From positions 664,144,001 to 664,208,000 of the forward strand of contig NW_027362764.1 in NCBI RefSeq assembly GCF_046119375.1: DNA of 64,000 bases. Direction: 5' to 3'. The translations under genes and the position numbers were made by a program. Origin of the DNA: Phyllobates terribilis (taxonomy: Eukaryota). Shown piece by piece: positions 1 through 11,625 of this stretch (its first letter is position 1; every line of letters starts with the position of its first letter). The notes under the pieces were generated by a model that was not told where the DNA came from, did no database searches, and saw only the letters and a program-made list of their open reading frames with translations.

Positions 1-252
1 ACTTTTTGTCAGTTTGTCTTTTGTGCTCTGCAACAACTTCTGTTTAGGAGATGTCCCTTTTTTGTCCTAGTCCTTAGTTCATTTAGGGACCCCTCCCTTA
101 ATTCTATAGGTCTTCGTTCAGACTAGCCGAGGAATAAGGCGGGTCGGTTCACAAAGAACAGGCAGCCCGCTACATCGTAGGAATTCAGCTTAGTCTTACT
201 GTAGGGACAGCTTTCCCCTATCTTTCCTTAGTTCATGTTGCAGATCATAACA
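1..252 (+). mobile_element. 3' part of a Gypsy LTR related to the LTR at 31641-32063 (runs off the window start)
   Basis: Ends ...CAGATCATAACA like 31641-32063 and shares CAGACTAGCCGAGGA, TACATCGTAGG and TGTAGGGACAG. It is followed directly by the 52-bp minisatellite, not by a PBS. Confidence 0.8.
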
Positions 253-745
253 CCACCATTCTTCCAAGGGGCATTAAAACCATCTTGTTAAGCTACTGCG
301 ACCTCCACCACTTTACCAAGGGGCATTAAAACCGTCTTGTTAAGCTACTGCGACCTCCACCACTTTTCCAAGGGGCATTGATATTGTCTTTTTATTCCAC
401 TGCGACCTCCACGTCTCTGCCAAGGGGCATTAAAACCGTCTTGTTGAGCTACTGTGACCTCCACCACTTTTCCAAGGGGCATTGATATTGTCTTTTTATT
501 CCACTGCGACCTCCACGTCTCTTCCAAGGGGCATTAAAACCATCTTGTTAAGCTACTGCGACCTCCACCACTTTTCCAAGAAGCATTAAAACCGTCTTGT
601 TAAGCTAATGCGACCTCCACGTCTCTTCCAAGGGGCATTAAAACCGTCTTGTTAAGCTATTGTGACCTCCACCACTTTTTCAAGGGGCATTGATATTGTC
701 TTTTTATTCCACTGCGACCTCCACCATTCTTCCAATGAGCATTGC
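253..745. repeat. 52-bp minisatellite, about 9 units, two unit variants
   Basis: The CCAAGGGGCATT core recurs (two copies with substitutions) at 264, 316, 368, 420, 472, 524, 576, 628 and 680, with degenerate echoes near 732, 860 and 995. Confidence 0.95.
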
Positions 746-3421
746 ATTTCCTCCTAATTTTAGTCAGCTTTTGCTTTTCAATGCATAGGCGAACACTAAG
801 GGAGACCCACTCCCAATAATGGGTAGAAGGTTTTTAGTATGCTGTAATCCACATCTGTTTCAAGGGGCATTGCAGTTTCTCATAATTTTTGGAAAGCCTT
901 CCATTTACTGCTTAGGCCAACAGTGCACAGGAGACCCAGTTGCTATAAATGGAAAAAATGATTTAGTTAAGGCCCTCTGACCTCCATGTCACTTCCAAGG
1001 GGCATTGGAGTGCCTCGAAATTTTTGGTAGGCATTGCACTCACTGCATGCCCTATAACTGTGTTGCCGAACTGCTCCTTTTGGTACAGAAACATTTCCTA
1101 CAAGACATGCGTGGTTGACTGGCCTGATATTGATGTGAATGGTCCCTGTTCCTCCTACTCTTTCTCCTTTGCACCACCTCATCCATCATTCATCACCTGA
1201 AGCTTTGTTTTAACGGGAGTCACAGAACTGGGATAGTAGCAGGAAAACATCCAGCAATCCTCGGAGGAGGTAGGATATGCGCCAAAACGCTGACCACCCC
1301 AGGCCTAGCCGCTACTACATACATGCGCTTGCATTTCAAGAAAACAAAGCAGATGCTAACTTCTATCATCATGATCATGCTCCTCACTTTGGCACTCTCA
1401 AGTCTCCTGATGGAGAAGCCAGGGCCCACCGGAGGAGTCTCTGGTGGGCTCGTCCAATGCTGCCCTAAAGCTGACCGGGCTAAGAAAAGTGTGGGGGAAG
1501 TTCCAAGGAGAAATAGGGGCGGCTGGGGACCGAGTATGGACACCCGGCCGCCCCCTGGCAGCTGGGGACCGAGCGTGGACATGTGGCGCCCCTGAGGGTT
1601 CAGTCGCCACAGAGGTACTGCACCTCTCCCAGAGGTGTGGTGTCTCCTTCTCTCAGGTAAGGCGGGAGTGCTGCCCGGAACCCCAACACCTGCATCCAAC
1701 ACTACACTACTCCAGGCCGGCTGGAGGGGCAAGATGCAATGTGTTTTTCTGCTGAGCCCTGTCCCTGGCTGGAGTGGGGGGAACCCAAAGGTAGGGGGAA
1801 CCAGTAGTGGGTGTGGGTGGAGGAAGCAGTTTAGGGGAGCACTATATAGTGAGATATAAAAAGGGCAGTTCAGTCAGTAAGAGGAGAGTGTGCAGACAGT
1901 CAGGGAGCAGAATCTCTTTAGGAGCTCTGCTCCACAAGTAGGGCCCAGTCCTAGAGGCCCAGGTGGGGAGCAGAGGGGTAGGCTTCGATCTAAAGATGGG
2001 ATCCCAGGGGGTACGGCGAGTGCAGGACGGCACCCATACGCCCGGAATCTGTCAGAAGACAGTGGGATCGTAGGCCGCAAGAAGGGGACCGGCCCCTGGA
2101 CCAGTCGTGTAACTCCAAGTCTTGGCTGGAAAAACCGGAGGCTTCTGGCTTTTATAGACCAGTTGCCGCAGCCTTATTCTAATCTCCGTGAGGGTCAGGC
2201 AGGTCTGGCAACTCCAGCAAGACAGGAGGGATTTCAGAGAACCCGAGCGGGATTGAGAGTGGGGAAGCGCAGGGCAGGAGGAAGAAGACCCAGCGTGAAG
2301 ACGGTCTAGCTAGGAACACAAGAAAGTGGGGTTCCGTCAGGTGCTCCTAATATGCCTCAGGAAGAGCTGAATGCCTGCCTGGTGAACGCAGCGCGACGTG
2401 GGAGGCTGGCACCCGTACAGTGCACCAGTGGAACTGTCATAAGAACTGTGAGTAAAAACTCGGATGACTGCACCGTACTGCCTCCGTCCATTCTTTTATC
2501 TGTGCCCTCTTGCCTCCCGGCACTACAACGCCCAGCGCAACTTACACTACCTACACTGCCCTGGAGCTAGCTCTACCTGTGGAGAGCCACACCATCCCAG
2601 CTGCCCTAACACCAGCTCCAGAGGACTGCTCCGCAGCAGCGGCACCCTTTAGCCGCATTCCACAGGTGGCGTCACGAACTTTATAAATCCCCTATAAATA
2701 GAAAACCCCATTATATTGACCGCCCTGGGTCACGGACCGGGCCAGCCACCGTGATATCCCCCACCAGCATCCATAGGCCCGGATGCCGAGTACCTGTCAC
2801 GGGTGTGTCGCCACGAAGATCGTCACGAGTACACAGCCTGACTTCTCGCAGCTGACTTGTTGGTGCTTTGTGTTTTTCGGCAGTGAGGGAGTTAATTCTC
2901 TCTCTCTCTGTGCTAGACGAGGTCCAGCCTCGCCCAGCTGCAATCAATACTTCTGTAGTGAGACTCCTTCAAATGCCTGCTGGTCTGTTTGGGAAGTGTC
3001 GGTGAAAGCATTTCATTCAGACTTACAGAGCGGATCGTGGTGTTTGGAGTTTCTGAGATAAGTGTTTTTGGAGTGTTTCTTCCCTTCCTCGCTTTATCAT
3101 TTATCTCCTTTCCCGTTGGTGTTCCCTCTGTTGTAGTTGTGTAGTTGTTGTATGCAAGGTGGTTTTGGTTTTTCCCTTGTACTGTCTCGTTCGTCTAAGT
3201 ACTGTGTGTGGGCATATTATTTCTTGTTCCCTTTTGTAGTGATCGGGGTCCTTCTCAGGACTAGATTACTTTGGTGCAGGGATCCTCAGGAGGTAGGGGT
3301 TACGCTGGCGGCCTGGACCTCTGTACCTTTAACAGTACCTCCAGGTTGAGGGATTAGTCAGGGCCCCAGCTTAGGGTCAGCTTAGGCCCCCTACCTCCAG
3401 TATACTGAGACAGCGTGACAT

Positions 3422-3431
3422 TTTCACCGAC
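3422..3431 (+). promoter_or_regulatory. Non-tRNA primer binding site, candidate self-priming
   Basis: TTTCACCGAC is the reverse complement of GTCGGTGAAA at 2998-3007 in the 5' LTR. There is no TGG-type tRNA PBS. Confidence 0.7.
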
Positions 3432-3455
3432 CTGCTTAGTTTTTCTCCAGCTACC

Positions 3456-4295
3456 ATGGATCCAGTAGCCGGTCTAGCTCGGCAGTTGCAGAGTTTGTCC
3501 ATGGAGCTGGCGGACGTTAGGTCCAAGGTTTTGCATCCTCAGGAGCAAGCCAGACCAGAACCTAAAGTAGCTCTCCCTGACAGGTTCACTGGGGGGCAGG
3601 ACAAGTTTTTTGTTTTCCGGGAGGCATGCAAGTTGTACTTTCGGCTGCGGCCTCGGTCATCGGGGAGTGAAGAACAAAGGGTGGGAATTGTCATCTCGCT
3701 CCTACAAGGGGACCCACAATCTTGGGCGTTCTCTCTTCCCCCGGGCTCCCCGGCTCTCCAGTCAGTGGATAGGTTTTTCGCTGCTCTGGGACTCGTATAT
3801 GATGACCCAGATCGGATCTCCCTTGCTGAGTCTAAGTTACGTAGGATCCAGCAGGGAGATCGTCCGGCGGAGGAATTCTGTTCGGAGTTCCGTAGGTGGG
3901 CCACGGACACCCAGTGGAATGACCCGGCTCTTAGGAGCCAGTTTTGTCATGGTTTATCCGACAAATTACAGGATGTGTTGGCACAGTATGACTCTCCCGC
4001 GTCACTGGAGGCCGCTATGGCCCTTGCTATTCGCGTTGACAGACGGCTTCGGGAGAGGTGCGGGATAACTCTACCCCCTGTGATGACTCCACCTCCTACA
4101 AGGTCCCCTCATATGGTGGTTCCCCTGGTCAGTCCAGAGGAGCCTATGCAATTAGGAGGGACATCATTTCGGGGGAGGGGACCGGTGGTGCGCCATAAGA
4201 CAGGAAGGTGTTTCTTCTGCGGGAGAAAGGGACATTTTATTGGGGGGTGTCCATCCCGTCCCTTGCAGAGTGAAAAGTCGTCGGAAAACTGTTGA
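3456..4295 (+). CDS. gag: Gag with CCHC zinc knuckle (279 aa)
   Basis: PEPKVALPDRFTG and LLQGDPQSWA motifs typical of sushi-like Gag; knuckle CFFCGRKGHFIGGC. Confidence 0.95.
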   Translation: MDPVAGLARQLQSLSMELADVRSKVLHPQEQARPEPKVALPDRFTGGQDKFFVFREACKLYFRLRPRSSGSEEQRVGIVISLLQGDPQSWAFSLPPGSPALQSVDRFFAALGLVYDDPDRISLAESKLRRIQQGDRPAEEFCSEFRRWATDTQWNDPALRSQFCHGLSDKLQDVLAQYDSPASLEAAMALAIRVDRRLRERCGITLPPVMTPPPTRSPHMVVPLVSPEEPMQLGGTSFRGRGPVVRHKTGRCFFCGRKGHFIGGCPSRPLQSEKSSENC

Positions 4296-4327
4296 TCCCA
4301 GGTTGTGTGGTGGACGGCAATCTGGGA
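4283..4327 (+). promoter_or_regulatory. Candidate -1 ribosomal frameshift signal (G GAA AAC plus downstream stem-loop)
   Basis: Heptamer at 4283-4289 in the gag frame, 6-nt spacer, stem 4296-4306 pairing with 4317-4327. Pol lies in the -1 frame. Confidence 0.65.
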
Positions 4328-7300
4328 GTAGGTATTTCGTCCCTAGGTTCGTCTCAGTTTCTCGTACCGGCGGAGGTGGTGGTGGGTACGAGAACTGAGA
4401 GGATATCTGTTCTTCTGGATAGTGGGGCCGGGGCTAATCTGGTTGATGCTCGGTTTGCCCGGGTTCAAGGTATGCGATTGAGTGAGTTGGCTAAACCCAT
4501 CCCCATATTCTCGATCGATGCCAGGCCTCTCGGTCAGGGAAGTTTTTTGCAAGCTGTGCATGACGTAAAACTTCAAGTGGGGGCGATACATAAAGAACTG
4601 TTGTCTTGCTACGTGTTGGAGGGTCTTCCCACTCCTATAGTGTTGGGCCTTCCTTGGTTAGCTAAGCATAACCCGGTTATTAATTGGCAAACCAGAGAGA
4701 TAAGCCAATGGAGTAAATTCTGTAATTAAAACTGCATGAACACGGTCATCGGTGCGGTTACTCCTTGGGTCTTACCTCCATTTCTGGCGGACTTTGAGGA
4801 TGTATTCTCGGAGAAAGGGTGTCAGGAACTACCTCCTCATCGCGAGTATGACTGTTCTGTAAAACTGCTCCCTGAGGCCAAGTTACCTAAAGCTAGGTTG
4901 TATAACCTTTCTGGTCCTGAGAGGCAGGCCATGAAGGATTATATTTCAGAAAGTCTGGCTAAGGGGCATATTAGACCTTCATCTTCACCGGTGGCTGCGG
5001 GGTTCTTCTTTCTTAAGAAGAAAGATGGAGGCCTACGCCCTTGCCTGGATTTCCGTGAACTTAATCGGATTACGGTCCGAGATCCGTATCCGCTCCCACT
5101 TATTCCCGATCTCTTTAATCAGATCGTGGGTGCCAAATGGTTCTCTAAGTTGGATTTCAGGGGGGCGTACAATCTGATTAGGATGAAGGAGGGGGATGAG
5201 TGGAAGACGGCGTTTAACACTCCGGAGGGGCATTATGAGAACCTTGTCATGCCATTCGGTCTGACTAATGCCCCGGCGGTGTTCCAACACTTTGTTAATG
5301 ACATTTTTCGCCGCCTGGTGGGACAGTTTGTTGTCATATATCTGGATGATATCTTAATTTACTCGCCGGATCTGGTGTCTCATCAGGAGCACGTTAGGCA
5401 GGTGTTACAGATCTTGCGGGATAATAAACTGTATGCCAAATGGGAAAAGTGTGTGTTCGCCGTACAGGAACTCCAGTTTTTAGGCTTCCTGGTTTCAGCA
5501 TCCGGTTTTCGTATGGACCCTGGGAAAGTGCGGGCAGTTCTTGAGTGGGATCGGCCAGAGAATCTTAAGGCACTACAACGTTTCCTGGGGTTTGCTAATT
5601 ATTACCGGAAGTTCATTCGTAATTTCTCGTCCATGGTTAAGCCTCTCACAGACATGACTAAAAAGGGGACGGATTTTTCTAGGTGGTCTGACAAGGCTTG
5701 TCAAGCATTCTCCTCCTTGAAAAAATGTTTTGCCTCGGCACCCATACTCATTCAACCTGATGCGTCACAGCCATTCATTGTAGAGGTAGACGCTTCCGAG
5801 GTAGGGGTGGGAGCAGTATTGTCACAGGGTTCGTCCCCTGGTAAGTGGCATCCGTGCGCCTTTTTCTCTAAAAAATTTTCATCCGCTGAGAGGAATTACG
5901 ATGTCGGCAATAGGGAACTCTTGGCCATTAAGTTAGCTTTTGAGGAGTGGCGCCATTTTTTGGAGGGGGCAGTCCATCCGGTCACCGTCATCACCGATCA
6001 CAAGAACCTGCTATATCTGGAGTCCGCGAAACGTCTGAATCCCAGACAAGCTAGGTGGTCATTGTGTTTTACCAGGTTTAATTTTGTCGTTACATATCGT
6101 CCTGGGTCAAAAAATGTAAAGGCGGATGCCTTATCTCGTAGTTTCCCTGGGGCCGGGAATACGGACGACCCGATTCCTATCCTTCAGGAGGGGGTGGTGG
6201 TTTCGGCAGTATGCTCTGAGCTGGAGGAGGAGGTATTGGAGGCTCAGGGGGACGCCCCTGTTGGACCTCCGGGGAGACTGTTTGTTCCAGATCAGTTGCG
6301 ACAAAAGGTGATCGAGGCACACCATAACTCAGTTTTTGCAGGACACCCGGGGAGTAAAGCAACTGTGGATCTCCTCTCGCGTCGGTTTTGGTGGCCTAAC
6401 TTACATAAGGAGGTGGTAACTTTTGTCGCGTCTTGTGGGGTTTGTGCGCGCTCTAAGACCTCACATACCCGTCCGTCTGGGGCCCTCTTACCTTTGAAGA
6501 TCCCGGAGCGTCCTTGGACTCATCTGTCTATGGACTTTATTACGGACCTCCCTCCGTCTTCGGGTAAAACGGTCATACTCGTTGTAGTGGACAGGTTCAG
6601 CAAGATGGCACATTTTATCGCTCTTCCGGCTCTCCCTAATGCTAAAACTCTTGCGCAGGTGTTCATTGGGGAGATTGTGAGGCTTCACGGGGTACCCTCC
6701 GAGGTGGTGTCTGATCGGGGGTCTCAGTTTGTGTCCAAGTTCTGGAAGGCGTTTTGTGCACGGCGGGGGATGCATTTGTCATTCTCATCGGCTTTTCATC
6801 CTCAGACCAATGGTCAGACGGAACGTATGAACCAGAGCTTGGAGACATATCTCCGGTGTTTTGTGTCAGAGAACCAGGAGGACTGGGCTTCTTTCTTACC
6901 TCTGGCAGAGTTTGCTCTTAATAATAGGTGGAGCGAGTCCACTGGTAAGTCCCCGTTTTTTGGGGCATATGGTTTTCACCCCCAGTTTTGTACTTTCAGT
7001 AGGGGGGGCTCTTCGGGGGTTCCTGAGGAGGAACGATTTTCCTCATCACTCGCTTCAGTATGGAGAGGGGTGCTGAAGAATCTGAATACTATGGGGAACC
7101 GATACAAACGTATGGCTGATAGGAGGAGAGTGTCTGGTCCGGACCTAAGTGTGAACGATCGGGTATGGTTGTCTACCAGGAATATTAAACTTAAGGTTCC
7201 CTCCTGGAAACTGGGTCCCAGGTTCATCGGGCCATACAGAATCAGTTCTATTATTAATCCGGTGGCATTCCGTCTTGACCTCCCCCCTACGTTTAAAATT

Positions 7301-7666
7301 CACAACGTGTTCCACAGATCATTGCTTAAGAGGTATGTGGCGCCGGTGGTACCGTCACCTTTACCTCCCCCTCCAGTGGTGGTCAATGGTAACTTGGAGT
7401 TCCAGGTATCGAGGGTCATCGATTCACGCTTTAATCGCCGGTCCCTTCAGTACCTGGTTCATTGGAAAGGGTATGGTCCTGAGGAGAGGATGTGGGTTCC
7501 TGCGTCGGATATTAACGCAGACCGATTAGTTCGGGCCTTCCACACGACTCACCCGGATAAACCTGGCCCTGAGGGTCCGGAGGCCCCTCATAGAAGGGGG
7601 GGTACTGTCACGGGTGTGTCGCCACGAAGATCGTCACGAGTACACAGCCTGACTTCTCGCAGCTGA
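4292..7666 (+). pseudogene. pol: Pol (PR-RT-RNase H-integrase-chromodomain) with one in-frame TAA at 4727-4729
   Basis: ORFs 4292-4729 and 4736-7666 share a frame. Motifs: LLDSGA (protease), YLDD (RT), VDASEVGVGAVL (RNase H), HH-CC, MDFITDLP and SDRGSQF (integrase), GPRFIGPY, and YLVHWKGYGPEERMW (chromodomain). Confidence 0.95.
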
Positions 7667-8809
7667 CTTGTTGGTGCTTTGTGTTTTTCGGCAGTGAGGG
7701 AGTTAATTCTCTCTCTCTCTGTGCTAGACGAGGTCCAGCCTCGCCCAGCTGCAATCAATACTTCTGTAGTGAGACTCCTTCAAATGCCTGCTGGTCTGTT
7801 TGGGAAGTGTCGGTGAAAGCATTTCATTCAGACTTACAGAGCGGATCGTGGTGTTTGGAGTTTCTGAGATAAGTGTTTTTGGAGTGTTTCTTCCCTTCCT
7901 CGCTTTATCATTTATCTCCTTTCCCGTTGGTGTTCCCTCTGTTGTAGTTGTGTAGTTGTTGTATGCAAGGTGGTTTTGGTTTTTCCCTTGTACTGTCTCG
8001 TTCGTCTAAGTACTGTGTGTGGGCATATTATTTCTTGTTCCCTTTTGTAGTGATTGGGGTCCTTCTCAGGACTAGATTACTTTGGTGCAGGGATCCTCAG
8101 GAGGTAGGGGTTACGCTGGCGGCCTGGACCTCTGTACCTTTAACAGTACCTCCAGGTTGAGGGATTAGTCAGGGCCCCAGCTTAGGGTCAGCTTAGGCCC
8201 CCTACCTCCAGTATACTGAGACAGCGTGACAGTACCCCACGGCCCTGGGGGCACGTCAGACTGGGGACTGAGTATGGATACCTCGCTGCCGAAGCAGCCA
8301 TGAGGTAGTGGCCAGCTTCGGCCTCCTCCAAACTAAAAGGCCCCATTTCAAGTGCAAGCTAGCAGTATGGTATTGCAGCCTGGGGGTGGGTGGGTGGCAG
8401 GTTGCACACTTACACTTGCATTCCAAGAAAACAAAGCAGACGCTAACTTCTATCATCATCATCATGCTCCTCACCTTGGCACTCTCAACTCCCCTGATGG
8501 AGAAGCCAGGGCCCACCGGAGGAGTCTGGTTCTCTGGTGGGCTCGTCCAATGCTGCCCTAAAGCAGGCCAGCCTAAGAAAAGTGTGGGGGAAGTTCCAAG
8601 GAGAAATACTGGCGGCTGGGGACCGAGCGTGGACACCCGGCTGCCGGGCGGCTGGGGTCTGAGTATGGATACCTCGTTGCCGAAGCAGCCATGAGGTTGT
8701 TGCCAGCTTCGGCCTCCTCCAAACTAAAAGGCCCCATTTCAAGTGCAAGTTAGCAGTATGGTATTGCAGCCTGGGGGTGAGTGGGTGACAGGTTGCACAC
8801 TTACGCTTG

Positions 8810-9818
8810 TGTGTCACCCTACCTGGATGCCAAAAGTGTAATTAAAGCTGTGTCTGAGAGCAAGGGGGAGGTTCTCTGGTCAGGGGAACATTAGCATGCA
8901 ATGCCTCCTGTCTCAGGCCAGTAGGGGGAGCAGGCTGCCCCTATAAAAGCTGGTACTGGGGACAGGGTTAGGGGGAACTGGATTGCCTGTCTCAGCTCTG
9001 AGACGTGTCCCAGAGTGGAGCAGGGACAGAAAGTTGATTGCACCTAAGAGGAAGTGTGGCAGTAGGAGAGAGCCACCAGCCAGAGACAAGAGGCGAAGAG
9101 AGCCTGTCTTGGCAGAGAAAAGACTTAATTTTACCAGACTTTGGTGTCTGAGGCTGGAAGGATTCCACATCCCCCAGTAGAGAACCAGTCCGCAAGGGAC
9201 TGTACATTCCTTGGCCTAAGAAGCCTGGAGGCCCTGCCACAACCGAAGGGACCAGTAAAGCCGTACAAGGCTGGGAGCAGAAAGGAACCCACGTCGCAAG
9301 CCATACAGGCGAGAAAGCACGAAAGCTCGGAAACGTGGGCTGTTATCCTATCAGGAGGAGATAGTCAGAAGGAGCGCAGAAAGCACGGTAGGCCTACACC
9401 CTCACCCTGACCAGGGCCAATTTCCCCGTTGCTCTCAGACATCCAGGTCCCCTCCTAGCTGGGACTGTTTGTGGGTCAGTTTACCTGTTTAGTAAAGACC
9501 CTGGACTGCAACCTGTTTGTGTGCTCCTTGCTCCTCCAGCACTACCATCACTCCCACCATCCACTATACTGCCCTGGGGCCGCACTCTTCCCGTGGGGAG
9601 TCACACTACCATAGCTTCACACCTCATCAGCCCCAGCGGTCTGCATGCAGCGGCGGTTCCTAATAATCGCAATCCACGGGTGGCGTAGTCGGACATAATC
9701 AATATAACGGACTACCACTGGCCTGACCACCCTGAGCCACGGAACCGGGTTGCCACTACTACTCCCATCATTCCCTATTGCCCGGATCCGAGTGCCCCAC
9801 GGCCCAGGGGGCGAGTTA
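8810..9818 (+). mobile_element. Solo LTR B (diverged subfamily)
   Basis: Starts TGTGTCACC and ends GGGGGCGAGTTA. 4-bp TSD CTTG at 8806-8809 and 9819-9822. TATAAAA at 8943, AGTAAA at 9491. Confidence 0.85.
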
Positions 9819-10869
9819 CTTGCATTCCAAGAAAACAAAGCAGATGCTAACTTCTATCATCATCATCATGCTCCTCACCTTGGCACTCTCAACTTTCCTG
9901 ATGGAGAAGCCAGGGCCCACCGGAGGAGTCTTATTCTCTGGTGGGCTCGTCCAATGCTGCCCTAAAGCAGGCCAGGCTTAGAAAAGTGTGGGGGAAGTTC
10001 CAAGGAGAAATAGGGGCGGCTGGGGACCGTTTATAGACACCCGGCTGCCCCCAGACGGCTCGGGACCGTGTGTGGACACCCGGTATGGCTGAGTATGGAT
10101 ACCAGGCCGCCGACGCAGCCATGACATGGTGGCCGGCGTCTGCCTCCACATGCCTAAAAGGCCCAATTTCAGGTGCAAGCAAGCTAGCAGTATGGTGTTG
10201 CAGCCTGTGGGTGGGAGGGTGGCAGGTTGCACACTTACGCTTGCATTGCAATGAATGGGAGAGGTACAATTGAACACTGCCCTGGTACAAGGACTTGCAC
10301 GGGGATAGTTGCAAGTCTGCATCTTCTGATGCAGCAAGGATCACTTCTGATGGGCACACTTTTAGGCAGTGACCTGGGTGTCAGAGATGTTTCCAGGGAT
10401 CTTCCCCATGCTGTTCCCATGTCTTTTCAGCACTGTATGCATGTGTCACACAGCACATGGCCAGATAAGGTTGTAAAATGTTAAAATGACATTTCCCGGT
10501 GAATGCATTTGTCACGGTTGAAAGCAATACAAAAGTGCAAAAACGCATAAAAAATGCTACTTGTGAACATAGCCCAAGGTGTGGAGGAGTATTTTTGTTT
10601 TTGGTTATTTATTTTACCTTGTACACAAGTCTTTACCCTGGAAAGGAAGTTCCTTAACATATTTCACAGGAAAACCGTTTCAGTTTTGCTTTTGAACGTT
10701 TTATTGTGAGCCCGTAAAAGTGGCTTAATACCTCTGACCACGTTGTTGACAGCAGTGACCTGGGGGTCAGAAATGCTTCCTGGGGTGATGCCCATGCTGT
10801 CCCCATGTCTTTTGATCACTGTCACTATCGTTTTGGGCAGTTTTTAAGCTTTCTACAGACTGCCGGGGG

Positions 10870-11001
10870 TGCCGCCGCAAAAATGCTCGGGTCTCCCATA
10901 GACTAACATTGGGCTCGTTGCTCGGGTCGAGCACTCGAGTATCACGGTGAGCTCGGCCAGACCTTCGAGCACCAGAGCATTTTAGTGCTCGCTCAACACT
11001 A
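10870..11001. mobile_element. Terminus of an older hAT-family element; 253-11001 is probably its interior
   Basis: Ends GCTCGCTCAACACTA, the same terminal 11-mer as 17993-18003, with clustered subterminal CTCGAG/TGCTCG motifs. Confidence 0.7.
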
Positions 11002-11165
11002 GTGGTAATATGTGGTCTGGTCATGGTGTGGTGGTATTTCTCCCTTGTATGTAGTATTATTCGGTCACTATGTGGTGGTAATATGTAGTCCAGTCATGGT
11101 GTGGCAGTATTTCTCCCTTGTATGTGGTACTATTGGTGTTGGTATAGTGGATTGTGCTGTGTATG
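11002..11165. repeat. About 72-bp tandem repeat, about 2 units
   Basis: GTGGTAATATGT(G/A)GTC...CATGGTGTGG...TATTTCTCCCTTGTATGT occurs twice. Confidence 0.75.
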
Positions 11166-11244
11166 GCGGTCATTTGTTCTCTCTGATATTAATTAGGAGA
11201 AGATTCTTTATTTCCATTAGTGATTAAATACTTGGAACAAGATG

Positions 11245-11625
11245 CACTTACAGGGGTTCTCCGGGGAAAACAAGTAATCACCTCTCCACAGGATAAGTGA
11301 TACATTATTGATTAGTGGGGGTCTGACTGCTGGGACACGCACTGATTGGTAGAATGTGGAGCTTTTATCCCCATTAGACTGGAGCTTATGTGCGACTTGG
11401 CCACTGATCCATTCATTCTCTCAGTGGCTGCTCTTGTTTTTTTTCTGGAAGCCCCAAAGAGAATGAATGGAGCTGCGGTCAGACGTCCCACCTGCCGCTG
11501 CATTTTAAAATGGGGATAAGTGTCCTGTCAGGGATAAAACTTCCCCATTCTTCCGATCGGTGTGGTTTCCAATATTCGGACCCAAATGATCAGTAAGTTA
11601 TTACCTATCCTGTGGAGCCCTCGGA
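11245..11625. mobile_element. Degenerate palindromic MITE (Kolobok/T2-like)
   Basis: AGGGGTTCTCC-type left end and the inverted pair TCCACAGGATAAGTGATA / TTATTACCTATCCTGTGGA. Confidence 0.5.

Larger units (their letters stand above)
2795..8231 (+). mobile_element. Full-length Gypsy LTR retrotransposon, chromovirus Tf1/sushi type, very recent insertion
   Basis: 626-bp LTRs at 2795-3420 and 7606-8231 (TG...CA) with one mismatch seen (3244 C vs 8055 T). 5-bp TSD GTACC at 2790-2794 and 8232-8236. PPT AGAAGGGGGGG at 7592-7602. Contains gag-PR-RT-RH-IN-chromodomain. Confidence 0.98.
1582..8258 (+). mobile_element. Solo LTR A (tRNA-Ser Gypsy family), interrupted by a younger Gypsy element
   Basis: Starts TGTGGCGCCCCTG and ends GGGGGCACGTCA. 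TATAAAA near 1855, AGTAAA at 2451, imperfect 4-bp TSD GACA/GACT. Homologous to the other solo LTRs in the window. Confidence 0.85.
1328..10250. repeat. About 390-bp tandem repeat, 3 units, split by solo LTR insertions
   Basis: The unit start CTTGCATT(T/C)CAAGAAAACAAAGCAG occurs at 1328, 8416 and 9819, with a partial start at 10240. The units become contiguous once 1582-8258 and 8810-9818 are removed. Confidence 0.85.

Noticed and set aside
1220-2950. Many short ORFs within solo LTR A (similarly in B-G)
   Set aside because: They are GC-rich LTR sequence, the frames are not conserved between LTR copies, and no motifs are recognisable.
4727-4735. Programmed stop-codon readthrough
   Set aside because: Gag-pol is already joined by a -1 shift, and the context TAA-AAC lacks known readthrough motifs such as UAG/UGA-CAR-YYA or CUAG.
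1578-8262. Tyrosine-recombinase (TSD-less) integration for the solo-LTR family
   Set aside because: Copy A has an imperfect TSD, but five sister copies have perfect 4-bp TSDs and the parent element encodes a DDE integrase.
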